A stretch of 24,000 bases of DNA from an uncultured Actinomycetota bacterium (GTDB lineage: Bacteria > Actinomycetota > Actinomycetes > Actinomycetales > Cellulomonadaceae). The notes under the pieces are model-generated. The model worked only from the letters and a program-made list of their open reading frames with translations, ran no database searches and was not told the origin of the DNA. This document shows positions 15,567 to 23,127 of this stretch, piece after piece. The position numbers and the translations under genes were made by a program. The first letter of the stretch is position 1, and the number at the start of each line of letters is the position of its first letter. The stretch spans positions 79,670 through 103,669 of the forward strand of contig CAVZPH010000004.1 of NCBI GenBank assembly GCA_963777075.1. Direction: 5' to 3'.

Positions 15567-16226
15567 TCAGGCCGTGCCGTCCTGGGCCTGCCCGCGGAGG
15601 GTCGTGGCCCACTCGGCGAAGAAGCGCCGGAGGTCGCTCACGTGCGCGCCGTCCATCGGGATGTCCGCGTCGGTGTACCGGTCGAGGTAGCCGATCATCT
15701 CGGCGAGCACGCCGGGTTCGACGCCCGCGTCCTGGTCACGTGCGAGGCGGTAGAGGGTCGGCGGGTCGTAGCGCTCGGAGAGCTCGAAGATGTCGGCGAA
15801 GTCGCGGGCGGCCGCGCGATCGAAGAGCGCGAGGACCTTGCGAGCAGCCAGCTCCTGCGGCGCGAAGGTCGGCCCAAGGATGCTCACCGTCGCCGCGAGG
15901 ACCGGCGGGGCTTCCAGGGCAAGGTCGACGAGCAGGTCCTCGGGCCCATGGACCAGCAGGCGGCAGAAGTCGCCGTCCTGACGGATTCTCTCGACGCGCC
16001 ATCCGCGTGCCGTGGCCGCCTGCTCGAAGGCGTCGCGGGCTTTGGCGACGTCGCCGGCCCGTCGGGTGAACAGGTCGAGGTCCTGGGTCGGGCGACTGGT
16101 CAGCCCCTGGGCCAGGAGCGCGGCACCGCCGGCGAGCAGATACGAGCCCGCTGCCGGCAGGGAGAAGAAGAGCTGGGCCACCTCGATCTGGAAGCCCGTC
16201 GGTGCCTCGCCGCGGTTCCCGGTCAT
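15567..16226 (-). CDS. nucleotidyltransferase of the AbiEii/AbiGii (DUF1814, MenT-like) toxin family
   Basis: Track ORF 15567..16307. I prefer the ATG at 16226, which overlaps the upstream stop as ATGA. Motifs are LLAGGAALLAQGL.SRPTQDLDLF (pol-beta NTase G-G...DxD) and ARKVLALFDRAAARDFADIFEL (K...R..RD..D). Confidence 0.8.
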   Translation of the reverse strand: MTGNRGEAPTGFQIEVAQLFFSLPAAGSYLLAGGAALLAQGLTSRPTQDLDLFTRRAGDVAKARDAFEQAATARGWRVERIRQDGDFCRLLVHGPEDLLVDLALEAPPVLAATVSILGPTFAPQELAARKVLALFDRAAARDFADIFELSERYDPPTLYRLARDQDAGVEPGVLAEMIGYLDRYTDADIPMDGAHVSDLRRFFAEWATTLRGQAQDGTA

Positions 16227-16744
16227 GATGCTGCCGGCTCGCGTGCGGCCTCGATCAGCGACTCCCACGCTTGCCGGACGCCGCGGGGAAGGACCATCTC
16301 GTCCCACAGATCGACGAGCAGGACGCCGTCGACGTACCGCAGGACGTCCTCGGGTCCGCCCTCGGTCAGCACCGCCTCGTACACACGGGCGCGCTCGGAT
16401 CGGTCGGCGAGGTGGAAGGTCCGGCCCGGCTGGGTCCAGTTGAGGTGAACGGGCAGGGTCACGGTCGCGAGGGCGTGATCCGCGGGCAGACGTGGCAGCT
16501 GGATCGGGACCGCGACGGTGCGTCCCCTGCCGGTCTCGCGCCGGACGAACTCGACGCGCGGCTCGGCGACGAGGTGGTGCCCGGTTACGGCAAGCAGGCG
16601 CTCGGCGGTGGCCACGGTGGGGGAGGTGTGGCCGTGCTCGTACGCGGAGACCCGCTCGCGGGACGTGCCCGCTCCCTGTGCCAAGGCGTGCTGGGACAAC
16701 CCGGCTCGTCGCCGGGCGTCGCTCAGCAGTTCTGCCGCCGTCAC
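16223..16744 (-). CDS. XRE-type HTH protein with a C-terminal extension; putative cognate antitoxin/regulator of the NTase
   Basis: Track ORF 16223..16810. I prefer the GTG at 16744, after GAGGTGA. The HTH is LLSDARRRAGLSQHALAQGAGTSRERVSAYEHGHTSPTVATAERLL. The ~110-aa C-terminal domain is of a type I do not recognise. Confidence 0.75.
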   Translation of the reverse strand: MTAAELLSDARRRAGLSQHALAQGAGTSRERVSAYEHGHTSPTVATAERLLAVTGHHLVAEPRVEFVRRETGRGRTVAVPIQLPRLPADHALATVTLPVHLNWTQPGRTFHLADRSERARVYEAVLTEGGPEDVLRYVDGVLLVDLWDEMVLPRGVRQAWESLIEAAREPAAS

Positions 16745-16760
16745 GGGCTCACCTCGCTTC

Positions 16761-16776
16761 GTATCTAAGTAGATAC
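16761..16776. promoter_or_regulatory. AT-rich palindrome GTATCTA-AG-TAGATAC upstream of the HTH-NTase operon
   Basis: 7-bp arms read directly, 17 nt upstream of the preferred GTG. This is a likely autoregulatory operator, by inference. Confidence 0.45.
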
Positions 16777-16832
16777 CATATCCGGCCCGAGGCGTGCGCG
16801 CGAGGATCACGTCCCGTTCCGGATCCGTAGCG

Positions 16833-16850
16833 CCTGGCCGAAGGGCCAGG
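16833..16850 (-). terminator. hairpin CCTGGCC-CTTC-GGCCAGG downstream of the excisionase-like gene
   Basis: A perfect 7-bp stem starting 28 nt after the stop. There is no U-tract, so its role as a terminator is uncertain. Confidence 0.35.
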
Positions 16851-16877
16851 GAGCGCGGACTGTCGGCGTTGCCTTGC

Positions 16878-17120
16878 TCACCGCCGCCCGAGCCGCGGCA
16901 CGACGCGTGCGGGCCGCAGCAGGTCCTCGAGGTCGGTGCGGCGGATGCGGACGACTCGGGTGCCGACCTTGACGGCGCGGAGCTGGCCGTCGGCGATGAG
17001 TTTGCGGATGAAGCGTTCGGTGACGGCGAGCTCGTCGGCGGCTTGGGCGACGGTCAGGAACGGTGGGCGGGGGTCGGTGGTGGTGCGGCAGCAGGCCAGA
17101 AGACACGTGCCCGCCGGCAA
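16878..17120 (-). CDS. excisionase-family (HTH_17/MerR-like) DNA-binding protein
   Basis: ORF 16878..17120. LTVAQAADELAVTERFIRKLIADGQLRAVKVGTRVVRIRRTDLEDLL is the typical Xis-type HTH. The only canonical in-frame start is the TTG at 17120, so the start is uncertain. Confidence 0.75.
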   Translation of the reverse strand: MPAGTCLLACCRTTTDPRPPFLTVAQAADELAVTERFIRKLIADGQLRAVKVGTRVVRIRRTDLEDLLRPARVVPRLGRR

Positions 17121-17136
17121 CCCGCACCCCCGTCAC

Positions 17137-17288
17137 GGTCCTCACGGACCCTGCGTCGGAGCCTGACGCAGGGTGTCGCCGCAGGTCACAGGTCTGAGAA
17201 TCGCGTTCGGTGCTGCAGCCTGTGGACAGTGCGTCAGGCCACCGCCCACGCAAGCCGAGCCCTGCGTCAGGCATCACCGCAGGTCGAC
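17137..17288. repeat. cluster of nested direct and inverted repeats upstream of the excisionase-like gene
   Basis: Repeats read directly: GGTCC-tcac-GGACC at 17137-17150; CCCTGCGTC at 17149-17157 and at 17260-17268, with the inverted copy GACGCAGGG at 17165-17173; the 13-mer GCCTGACGCAGGG at 17161-17173 against CCCTGCGTCAGGC at 17260-17272; CCGCAGGTC at 17179-17187 and at 17277-17285; GCGTCAGGC at 17231-17239 and at 17264-17272. Confidence 0.6.
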
Positions 17289-17858
17289 GCCCCCGAGGCC
17301 AGCGGCGAGCAGGAGCCCACGGTCGCCGAGCGACCTACCTCCGCGACCAGGACGCCCGTGCAGGCAGCACGACAGGAGGAAGTCCCCAAGCCGCCAGGTC
17401 CTCGAGCAGCTCGACGAACTGGTGCGCAACCTTGCCCTCGGCGCCGCCGCCGGAAGGGATCGACGCCCCGACGCCCTCAGGCGCGGCCAACACGGTCACT
17501 GGCCTCGGCACCTCACCCACGAAGGCCCGCCGACCGACGACGCCGCCAACCGCGAGGACCGATCGAGGCCGGTCGCTGATGGCCCTCAGGCCGCGCCGAG
17601 CAGCCGGTTGCCAGAACCCTGACAGATCGGCCTAGTCCTCTTGCACCCCGTGCCGATCACGGCCCCCGGGCCGCGGCCGCTGTTCGACTGGGTGGTCGGC
17701 GCTCTCCGAGGCCCGATCGGGCCCACGCCATGGCCTGGGGTGTTCGGGCCGTCGTCTGGAGTGGATGCCGGCGGTTGCTGACGAGCCGTGTGTCGTCGAC
17801 CCGGTGGGGTCAGGGGCATCGGATCAACTGTGTCCGAATGGGACGGACCAGGCGGCGG

Positions 17859-18830
17859 TTACCACGCGTAGTGCTCAGGGGCTGGCTTGCTCCCGGGGAA
17901 GATCTCGTCGAGGCGCGCGAGCGTCTCGACGTCGAGCTTCACGTCGACGGCACGAACCGCAGCGTCGAGCTGCTCGCGCGTGCGCGGGCCGATGATCGGC
18001 GCCGTGACGACGGGCTGGTGCAGCAACCAGGCCAACGCGACGTCGCCAGGCTCGAGCCCGAGCTCGGCCACGAGGTCCTCGTACCGTGAAATCGCGTCGT
18101 GGTGTGTCGCCAGGCCCGCCACCGACTGCTCGTCTACTCGCCGCTTGCCCTCGCGCTCCTTGCGGAGCACCCCGCCGAGCAGCCCGCCACGCAGCGGAGA
18201 CCAGGGAATGAGCCCGAGACCGTTCGCCTCGACGGCCGGGATCACCTCGAGCTCGATGTCGCGGGTGAGCAGGTTGTAGATGGACTGCTCGCTGACCAGG
18301 CCGGTGAAGTTGCGACGGTGCGCCTCTGCCTGCGCGGTGGCGATGTGCCAGCCGGCGAAGTTGCTGCTCCCGGTGTAGAGGATCTTCCCCTGGGCGACAG
18401 CCGTCTCCATGGCCTGCCAGATCTCGTCCCACGGTGTCTCGCGGTCGATGTGGTGGAACTGGTAGACGTCGATGTAGTCGGTCTTCAGGCGCTTGAGGCT
18501 GGCGTCGAGGGCGCGCCTGATGTTCAGCGCCGACAGCTTGCCCTCGTTCGGTCGATCCGTCATGGGGCCGTACAGCTTCGTCGCGAGCACCGTGTGTTCC
18601 CGCCGCTCGCCGCCCTTGGCGAACCAGTTGCCGACGATCTCCTCGGTGGCACCTCGCCCGAGGCTCCCGCCATAGACGTTCGCGGTGTCGAAATAATTGA
18701 TCCCGTACGCCTGGGCGGCATCCATGATCGCGTGCGAGTCGGCCTCTGTGGTTTGCGGACCGAAGTTCATCGTGCCGAGGCAAAGGCGCGAGACCTGAAG
18801 ACCGGAACGACCAAGGTGAGTATATTCCAT
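17859..18830 (-). CDS. aldo/keto reductase family oxidoreductase
   Basis: ORF 17859..18830. MEYTHLGRSGLQVSRLCLGTMNFG...INYFDTANVYGG...IDVYQFHH are AKR signatures. A/T-ending codons are noticeably more frequent than in the core genes. Confidence 0.9.
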   Translation of the reverse strand: MEYTHLGRSGLQVSRLCLGTMNFGPQTTEADSHAIMDAAQAYGINYFDTANVYGGSLGRGATEEIVGNWFAKGGERREHTVLATKLYGPMTDRPNEGKLSALNIRRALDASLKRLKTDYIDVYQFHHIDRETPWDEIWQAMETAVAQGKILYTGSSNFAGWHIATAQAEAHRRNFTGLVSEQSIYNLLTRDIELEVIPAVEANGLGLIPWSPLRGGLLGGVLRKEREGKRRVDEQSVAGLATHHDAISRYEDLVAELGLEPGDVALAWLLHQPVVTAPIIGPRTREQLDAAVRAVDVKLDVETLARLDEIFPGSKPAPEHYAW

Positions 18831-18836
18831 GTCGCC

Positions 18837-18866
18837 ACATTACCGTCGCTCGCGGCCACATGTCCA
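18837..18866 (-). promoter_or_regulatory. putative promoter TGGACA-N18-TAATGT ending 6 nt before the AKR ATG (leaderless or near-leaderless transcript)
   Basis: Hexamers read on the minus strand. There is no SD in front of the ATG. Confidence 0.3.
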
Positions 18867-19143
18867 CCAGATTGAATTGATCGAACAAGTGACTCGAGAT
18901 TCTGGGCCTTAGCCGCCGAGTATTGTGGTTCGTTGGGCGCAGAGCGACGTATCCGGACACAGTTCGAGCATGACGGACGCGGAGCAGGCCGTCTTTCACG
19001 ACATAATCGGGTCCCCGTTGGGTTCATCCAACTTTCTGAACTCGAGAAGATCTGCCGCCGGCGGGCACTGTTGGGGGTACGACACGCGATGCTCGACATA
19101 TGAAGCGCGAATTGCTTGGCGGCTCGGCCATGGTTGCCGCGGA

Positions 19144-19179
19144 GTGCCAAGAGCTCATCCCGGGACGTGCTCTTGGCAC
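19144..19179 (-). terminator. hairpin downstream of dgoD
   Basis: GTGCCAAGAGC (19144-19154) and GCTCTTGGCAC (19169-19179) form a perfect 11-bp stem with a 14-nt loop. It starts 29 nt after the dgoD stop. There is no U-tract. Confidence 0.45.
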
Positions 19180-19207
19180 ACCTGACCTCCTCCGCTCCGG
19201 TCCGGGT

Positions 19208-20356
19208 TCACCACTCGGCAACGGAGCCGTCGGCGTGACGCCAGATCGGGTTGCGCCACCGGTGTCCCTCGGCGGCCCGTTCCACGACGTACTCCTCGTT
19301 CACCTCGATTCCCAGCCCAGGCCCGTCGGGAATGGCCACCATGCCGTCCTCGTAGGCGAACACCGCCGGGTCGACCAGGTAGTCGAGCAGGTCGTTCGAC
19401 TTGTTGTAGTGGATCCCGAGGCTCTGTTCCTGGATGAAGGCGTTGTGAGCTCCCGCGTCAATCTGGAGGCAGGTGGCGAGCGCGATCGGCCCGAGGGGGC
19501 AGTGGAGTGCGAGTCCGATGTCGTAGGCCTCCGCCATGGCGGCGATCTTGCGGGTCTCGGTGATCCCGCCTGCGTGTGACGGGTCGGGTTGGATGATGTC
19601 CACGGCGCCGCTGGCCAGGATCTCCTTGAAGTCCCAGCGGGAGAACAGGCGCTCACCGAGTGCGATCGGGGTCGGCGTGTTCCTGAGTACGTCGAGCATC
19701 GAGTCGACGTTCTCGCTGAGGACCGGCTCTTCGATGAACATGAGCTTGTAGGGCTCGAGCTCCGAGATCAGGACCTTGGCCATGGGCCTGTGGACGCGAC
19801 CGTGGAAGTCGACACCGATTCCCACATGGGGGCCAACGGCGTCGCGGACGGCGCCGACGTTCGAGAGGCAGCGCTCGACCTTGTCCCACGTGTCGATGTA
19901 CTGCATCTCTTCGGTCCCGTTCATCTTCACTGCGGTGAAGCCCCGGTCCACCGCCGCACGGGCCGAGGACGCGCTCGCAGCAGGGCGGTCACCGGCTATC
20001 CACGAGTACACACGGATCCGGTCACGCACGCGTCCACCGAGGAGCTCGTGGACCGGGACACCCAAGGCCTTTCCCTTGATGTCCCACAACGCCTGGTCGA
20101 TCCCGGCGATCGCACTCATCAGGATCGGCCCGCCTCGGTAGAAGCCCCCCCGGTAGAGCACCGTCCAGATGTCTTCGATGTTGCGCGGGTCCTGGCCGAT
20201 GACGTAGTCCGAGAGCTCCTCGACAGCTGCGGCGACCGTGGCTGCGCGACCCTCGACGACCGGCTCTCCCCAGCCGATGATCCCCTCGTCGGTCTCGATC
20301 TTGAGGAACAGCCAGCGCGGCGGGACCGCATACGTTGTCATCCTGGTGACCTTCAC
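19208..20356 (-). CDS. dgoD: D-galactonate dehydratase (enolase superfamily)
   Basis: Track ORF 19208..20497. I prefer the GTG at 20356, after AGGAGG, giving [38 protein letters not shown]. This aligns by eye along its whole length with E. coli DgoD, through to the C-terminal [16 protein letters not shown]. Length is 382 aa. Confidence 0.9.
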   Translation of the reverse strand: MKVTRMTTYAVPPRWLFLKIETDEGIIGWGEPVVEGRAATVAAAVEELSDYVIGQDPRNIEDIWTVLYRGGFYRGGPILMSAIAGIDQALWDIKGKALGVPVHELLGGRVRDRIRVYSWIAGDRPAASASSARAAVDRGFTAVKMNGTEEMQYIDTWDKVERCLSNVGAVRDAVGPHVGIGVDFHGRVHRPMAKVLISELEPYKLMFIEEPVLSENVDSMLDVLRNTPTPIALGERLFSRWDFKEILASGAVDIIQPDPSHAGGITETRKIAAMAEAYDIGLALHCPLGPIALATCLQIDAGAHNAFIQEQSLGIHYNKSNDLLDYLVDPAVFAYEDGMVAIPDGPGLGIEVNEEYVVERAAEGHRWRNPIWRHADGSVAEW

Positions 20357-20523
20357 GCGGCGCCTCCTGAGGTGGGGTTTCCTGTTGCCCATGCTGAGGC
20401 GAGGGTGACGGCTCGGCGCCTGGGCTCGTCGATCTCGACGCCCGCTGGATAGAGCGACGAGCCGATCCCGAGCCCGGTGGCACCGGCAGCACGCCACGCC
20501 GCGAAGTCAACTCGCATCGTCAT
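20353..20523 (-). pseudogene. dgoA: C-terminal stump (56 codons) of 2-dehydro-3-deoxy-6-phosphogalactonate aldolase
   Basis: [45 protein letters not shown] aligns with the last ~50 aa of DgoA (..NLAQWIDAGCAGAGLGSDLYRAGQSVERTAQQAAAF..). Nothing resembling the ~150 N-terminal residues is found upstream in any frame. The stop overlaps the dgoD start as GTGA. Confidence 0.6.
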
Positions 20524-20735
20524 GGGTCGCTCTCTCCCCGTTGGTCGTCGGCGTGCCCCGTCGGGCCGGTGCCGGGCGACAGCGCCCTGGGTGACGAACA
20601 TCGGCCGAGGCCACCTCGCTCTGTCATTGACGATGGGGGAGCTGGACGCACAGCATCTGCCCGCGAACACCCTCGCGGGGCCCTCCCCGCGCACGCACCT
20701 GTCGTCGGGCTGCGGACGTCGGGCTGCACAGTGTG

Positions 20736-20809
20736 TTGACTTTGGTGCAACATATGCAACGCTTGTGCTGTACGTGCATATCCTGTGTGAACTCGTGCGA
20801 CCAAGTCAA
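20736..20809. promoter_or_regulatory. nested inverted repeats in the divergent iclR / dgo control region
   Basis: The outer pair is TTGACTT (20736-20742) and AAGTCAA (20803-20809), with imperfect extension. The inner pair is ATATGCA (20752-20758) and TGCATAT (20775-20781). This is a locally AT-richer segment. Confidence 0.4.
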
Positions 20810-20983
20810 GGTCATGCATCGGCCTGGCAACCTCCGGCCGCGACCGCGTGCAGGGTTGTTCGCACGGACTGCCGGGCCCCGGCGGTCCTCAACATCGAGT
20901 CAGTCGGCGTCGCCAAGGGACCAAGGTCGAGGGACCGTCACCGTCGTGGCCGTCGAGCCTTCCCCGAGGCAGGAGGGGTGGAG

Positions 20984-21730
20984 ATGTCCCAGACAGTCGA
21001 GCGCGCCATCGAGATCCTCGAGCTCGTCAGTGCTGGTCCCCGCACTCTCGGGGAAGTGGCGGACGTCCTCGGCGTCCATCGTTCAACCGCCCTGCGCCTG
21101 CTCCAGACGCTCTCCGATGGTGGGCTGACGCGCCGTCGGCCAGACGGTCGCTATGGCGTCGGCTATCGGTTGGTCGGCCTCGCGCACCGGGCGAGTGAGC
21201 AGCTCGACCTGCAGGCGCTCGCCCATCCGCACCTGGCCGCGCTCACCGGCGCCAGCGGGTTCACCACGCACCTCGCCGCCTTGGAGGGCTCCGACATCAT
21301 CTACGTCGACAAGGTCGAGCCCGCTCGGTCCGTCCGGCTCTACAGCCAGATCGGCAAGCCGGTCCCGTTCCACACGGCGGGCGTGGCGAAGGCGGTGCTC
21401 GCCGGCCTCCCCGTCGAGCACACGCTCCGGCTCCTTGAGGGTTGGACGTACACGTCCTACACCACGACGACGATCTCGTCGCAGGAGGCGCTGCTCGAGG
21501 AACTGGACCGCACCAGGGTGCGAGGCTGGGCAGAGGACGACGGTGAGTTCGAGGACTTCGTCAACTGCATCGCCTGCCCCATTCGCGAGGGATCGGGGCA
21601 CGTCGTTGGTGCAGTGTCGATCACCGCTCTGCGTGCGATCTCCGATCTCGGCAAGCTGAAGGGGCTGGTTCCAGACCTCATCAGTACGTGCGACGCGATA
21701 TCCAGAGAGCTCGGGTGGGTCCATGAATAG
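20984..21730 (+). CDS. IclR-family transcriptional regulator
   Basis: Track ORF 20477..21730. I prefer the ATG at 20984, after AGGAGG, giving MSQTVERAIEILELVSAGPRTLGEVADVLGVHRSTALRLLQTL (the IclR HTH) followed by the effector domain. Confidence 0.9.
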   Translation: MSQTVERAIEILELVSAGPRTLGEVADVLGVHRSTALRLLQTLSDGGLTRRRPDGRYGVGYRLVGLAHRASEQLDLQALAHPHLAALTGASGFTTHLAALEGSDIIYVDKVEPARSVRLYSQIGKPVPFHTAGVAKAVLAGLPVEHTLRLLEGWTYTSYTTTTISSQEALLEELDRTRVRGWAEDDGEFEDFVNCIACPIREGSGHVVGAVSITALRAISDLGKLKGLVPDLISTCDAISRELGWVHE

Positions 21731-22778
21731 CACGCGGGGTCGCGGCCATGTCGTCACTCCTGCGATGAACGCCGGTGGCCAAGGAGGTCACGACGACGCA
21801 ACGCCGTCCCACCTGGGCGCCGAGACGACCGATGGTCGACCGTCACGAGTGCCGGCGAGCTCGCCGGTCCGATACCCGGACCCAGCAGTGCTCGTCCTCG
21901 ATCCAAGATTCGAGCGCTATCGACTTCTGAATGCCACCATTGAGCGGATCGCCACCGGTTTCAGGTGGGTAGAGGGGCCGGTGTGGTTCGGTGACCATCA
22001 CGCGCTCATCTGGAGCGACGTACCGAGCAACACCATGTGGCGGTGGGACGAACGGTCCGGGAGTGCCGTCGTCTTCCGGTCTCCTTCGGGCTTCGCCAAT
22101 GGCAACACTCGTGATCGCCATGGGCGTCTCCTCACCTGTGAGCATCGCGAAAGGCGCGTCACCCGGACCGAGCATGATGGCAGCCTGACGGTGATGATCG
22201 ATTCGTTCGCCGACCGACGGCTCAACTCGCCGAACGACGTCACCACGACCGCCGACGGCGCGATCTGGTTCACCGATCCCGTGTACGGGATCGAGACCGA
22301 CTACGAGGGCAGCAAGGCGGATCCGGAGCTCCCGACCGCCGTATACCGGATCGCTCCGGACTCGGGCGCAGCCACCGCTGTCATCACCGGTCTCGTGCAG
22401 CCCAACGGTCTCTGCTTCTCCCCTGACGAACGGCTGCTCTACGTGGTCGACTCGGGATCCTCGCCCGCCACGATCCATGCCTACGACGTCGATGGAGCAA
22501 CGGTGCGCAACGGGCGGTTGTTCGCTGACATGAGCCCTGGGAAAGGCGACGGGCTCCGGTGCGATGTCGACGGCAACGTCTGGGCCTCGGCAGCATGGGG
22601 AGGCGCCGGGTACGACGGCGTTCATGTCTTTTCCCCGGACGGCACCCTCATCGGCAGGATCGAGCTGCCCGAGCCGTGTGCCAACCTCACGTTCGGGGGG
22701 CTGCGGATGAACCGCCTCTTCATGGCGGCAGGGCAGTCCGTCTACGCGCTCTATGTCAATGCCCGGGGCAGCGCATGA
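21723..22778 (+). CDS. SMP-30/gluconolactonase/LRE-family lactonase
   Basis: ORF 21723..22778; the start could be a downstream Met. EGPVW...LIWSDVPSN...ANGNT.D..GRLL.CEH...NSPNDV...DGAIWFTDP...PNGL.FSPDE..LYV are the six-bladed propeller motifs. Confidence 0.85.
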   Translation: MNSTRGRGHVVTPAMNAGGQGGHDDATPSHLGAETTDGRPSRVPASSPVRYPDPAVLVLDPRFERYRLLNATIERIATGFRWVEGPVWFGDHHALIWSDVPSNTMWRWDERSGSAVVFRSPSGFANGNTRDRHGRLLTCEHRERRVTRTEHDGSLTVMIDSFADRRLNSPNDVTTTADGAIWFTDPVYGIETDYEGSKADPELPTAVYRIAPDSGAATAVITGLVQPNGLCFSPDERLLYVVDSGSSPATIHAYDVDGATVRNGRLFADMSPGKGDGLRCDVDGNVWASAAWGGAGYDGVHVFSPDGTLIGRIELPEPCANLTFGGLRMNRLFMAAGQSVYALYVNARGSA

Positions 22779-23074
22779 ACGCAGGGCGCGTCGTCACCCT
22801 GGAGTGAGGGGACGCGAACCCGCCGGATCCGGCTGTGCTCGGGCGGGCGTCGATGAACCATCGGCGTGCGCGCAGCGCTCTCCGGGACGTCGCTCATCCA
22901 GCGGGGCGGCTCGGTGGTCCGCCCGACGCGGGTGCTCGCGGCCACGTCCGACGCCCGGGGGAGTGGCTTCCGGGCGCCTGAGCGGAGATCTGCCGCTGCT
23001 CACGCCATGGGCGTCGGCACCTGCCAGCCACCGGGAAAACTGGGGCTTGTCAGCATCGAAGCGGGTCGGCTACT

Positions 23075-23109
23075 TTGGTCAACCATCAGACCGTTGCACG
23101 GTTCACCAA
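23075..23109. promoter_or_regulatory. inverted repeat TTGGTCAACC-N15-GGTTCACCAA upstream of the ABC permease gene
   Basis: 10-bp arms with one mismatch, ending 18 nt before the ATG. This is an operator candidate by inference. Confidence 0.35.
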
Positions 23110-23127
23110 TGAGGGTGAGGTCCGGGA

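Larger units (their letters stand above)
15269..17120 (-). mobile_element. remnant (or right-hand end) of a tRNA-Gly-targeting integrative element: att core, arm-like repeats, HTH-NTase module, excisionase gene; no integrase
   Basis: The call rests on gene content and the orientation of the tRNA fragment, which places element DNA on the higher-coordinate side. The far boundary is unknown and could lie beyond 17120, or beyond the window. Confidence 0.45.

Noticed and set aside
17190-17240. Possible second, degenerate copy of the tRNA/att core (shared GAGAATCG 8-mer)
   Set aside because: Beyond the 8-mer the hand alignment is only about half identical, which cannot be distinguished from chance in this composition.
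17121-17858. Integrase pseudogene between xis and the reductase
   Set aside because: I found no R..HxxR..Y-type tyrosine-recombinase or serine-recombinase motif in any frame. I cannot exclude heavy erosion without tblastx.
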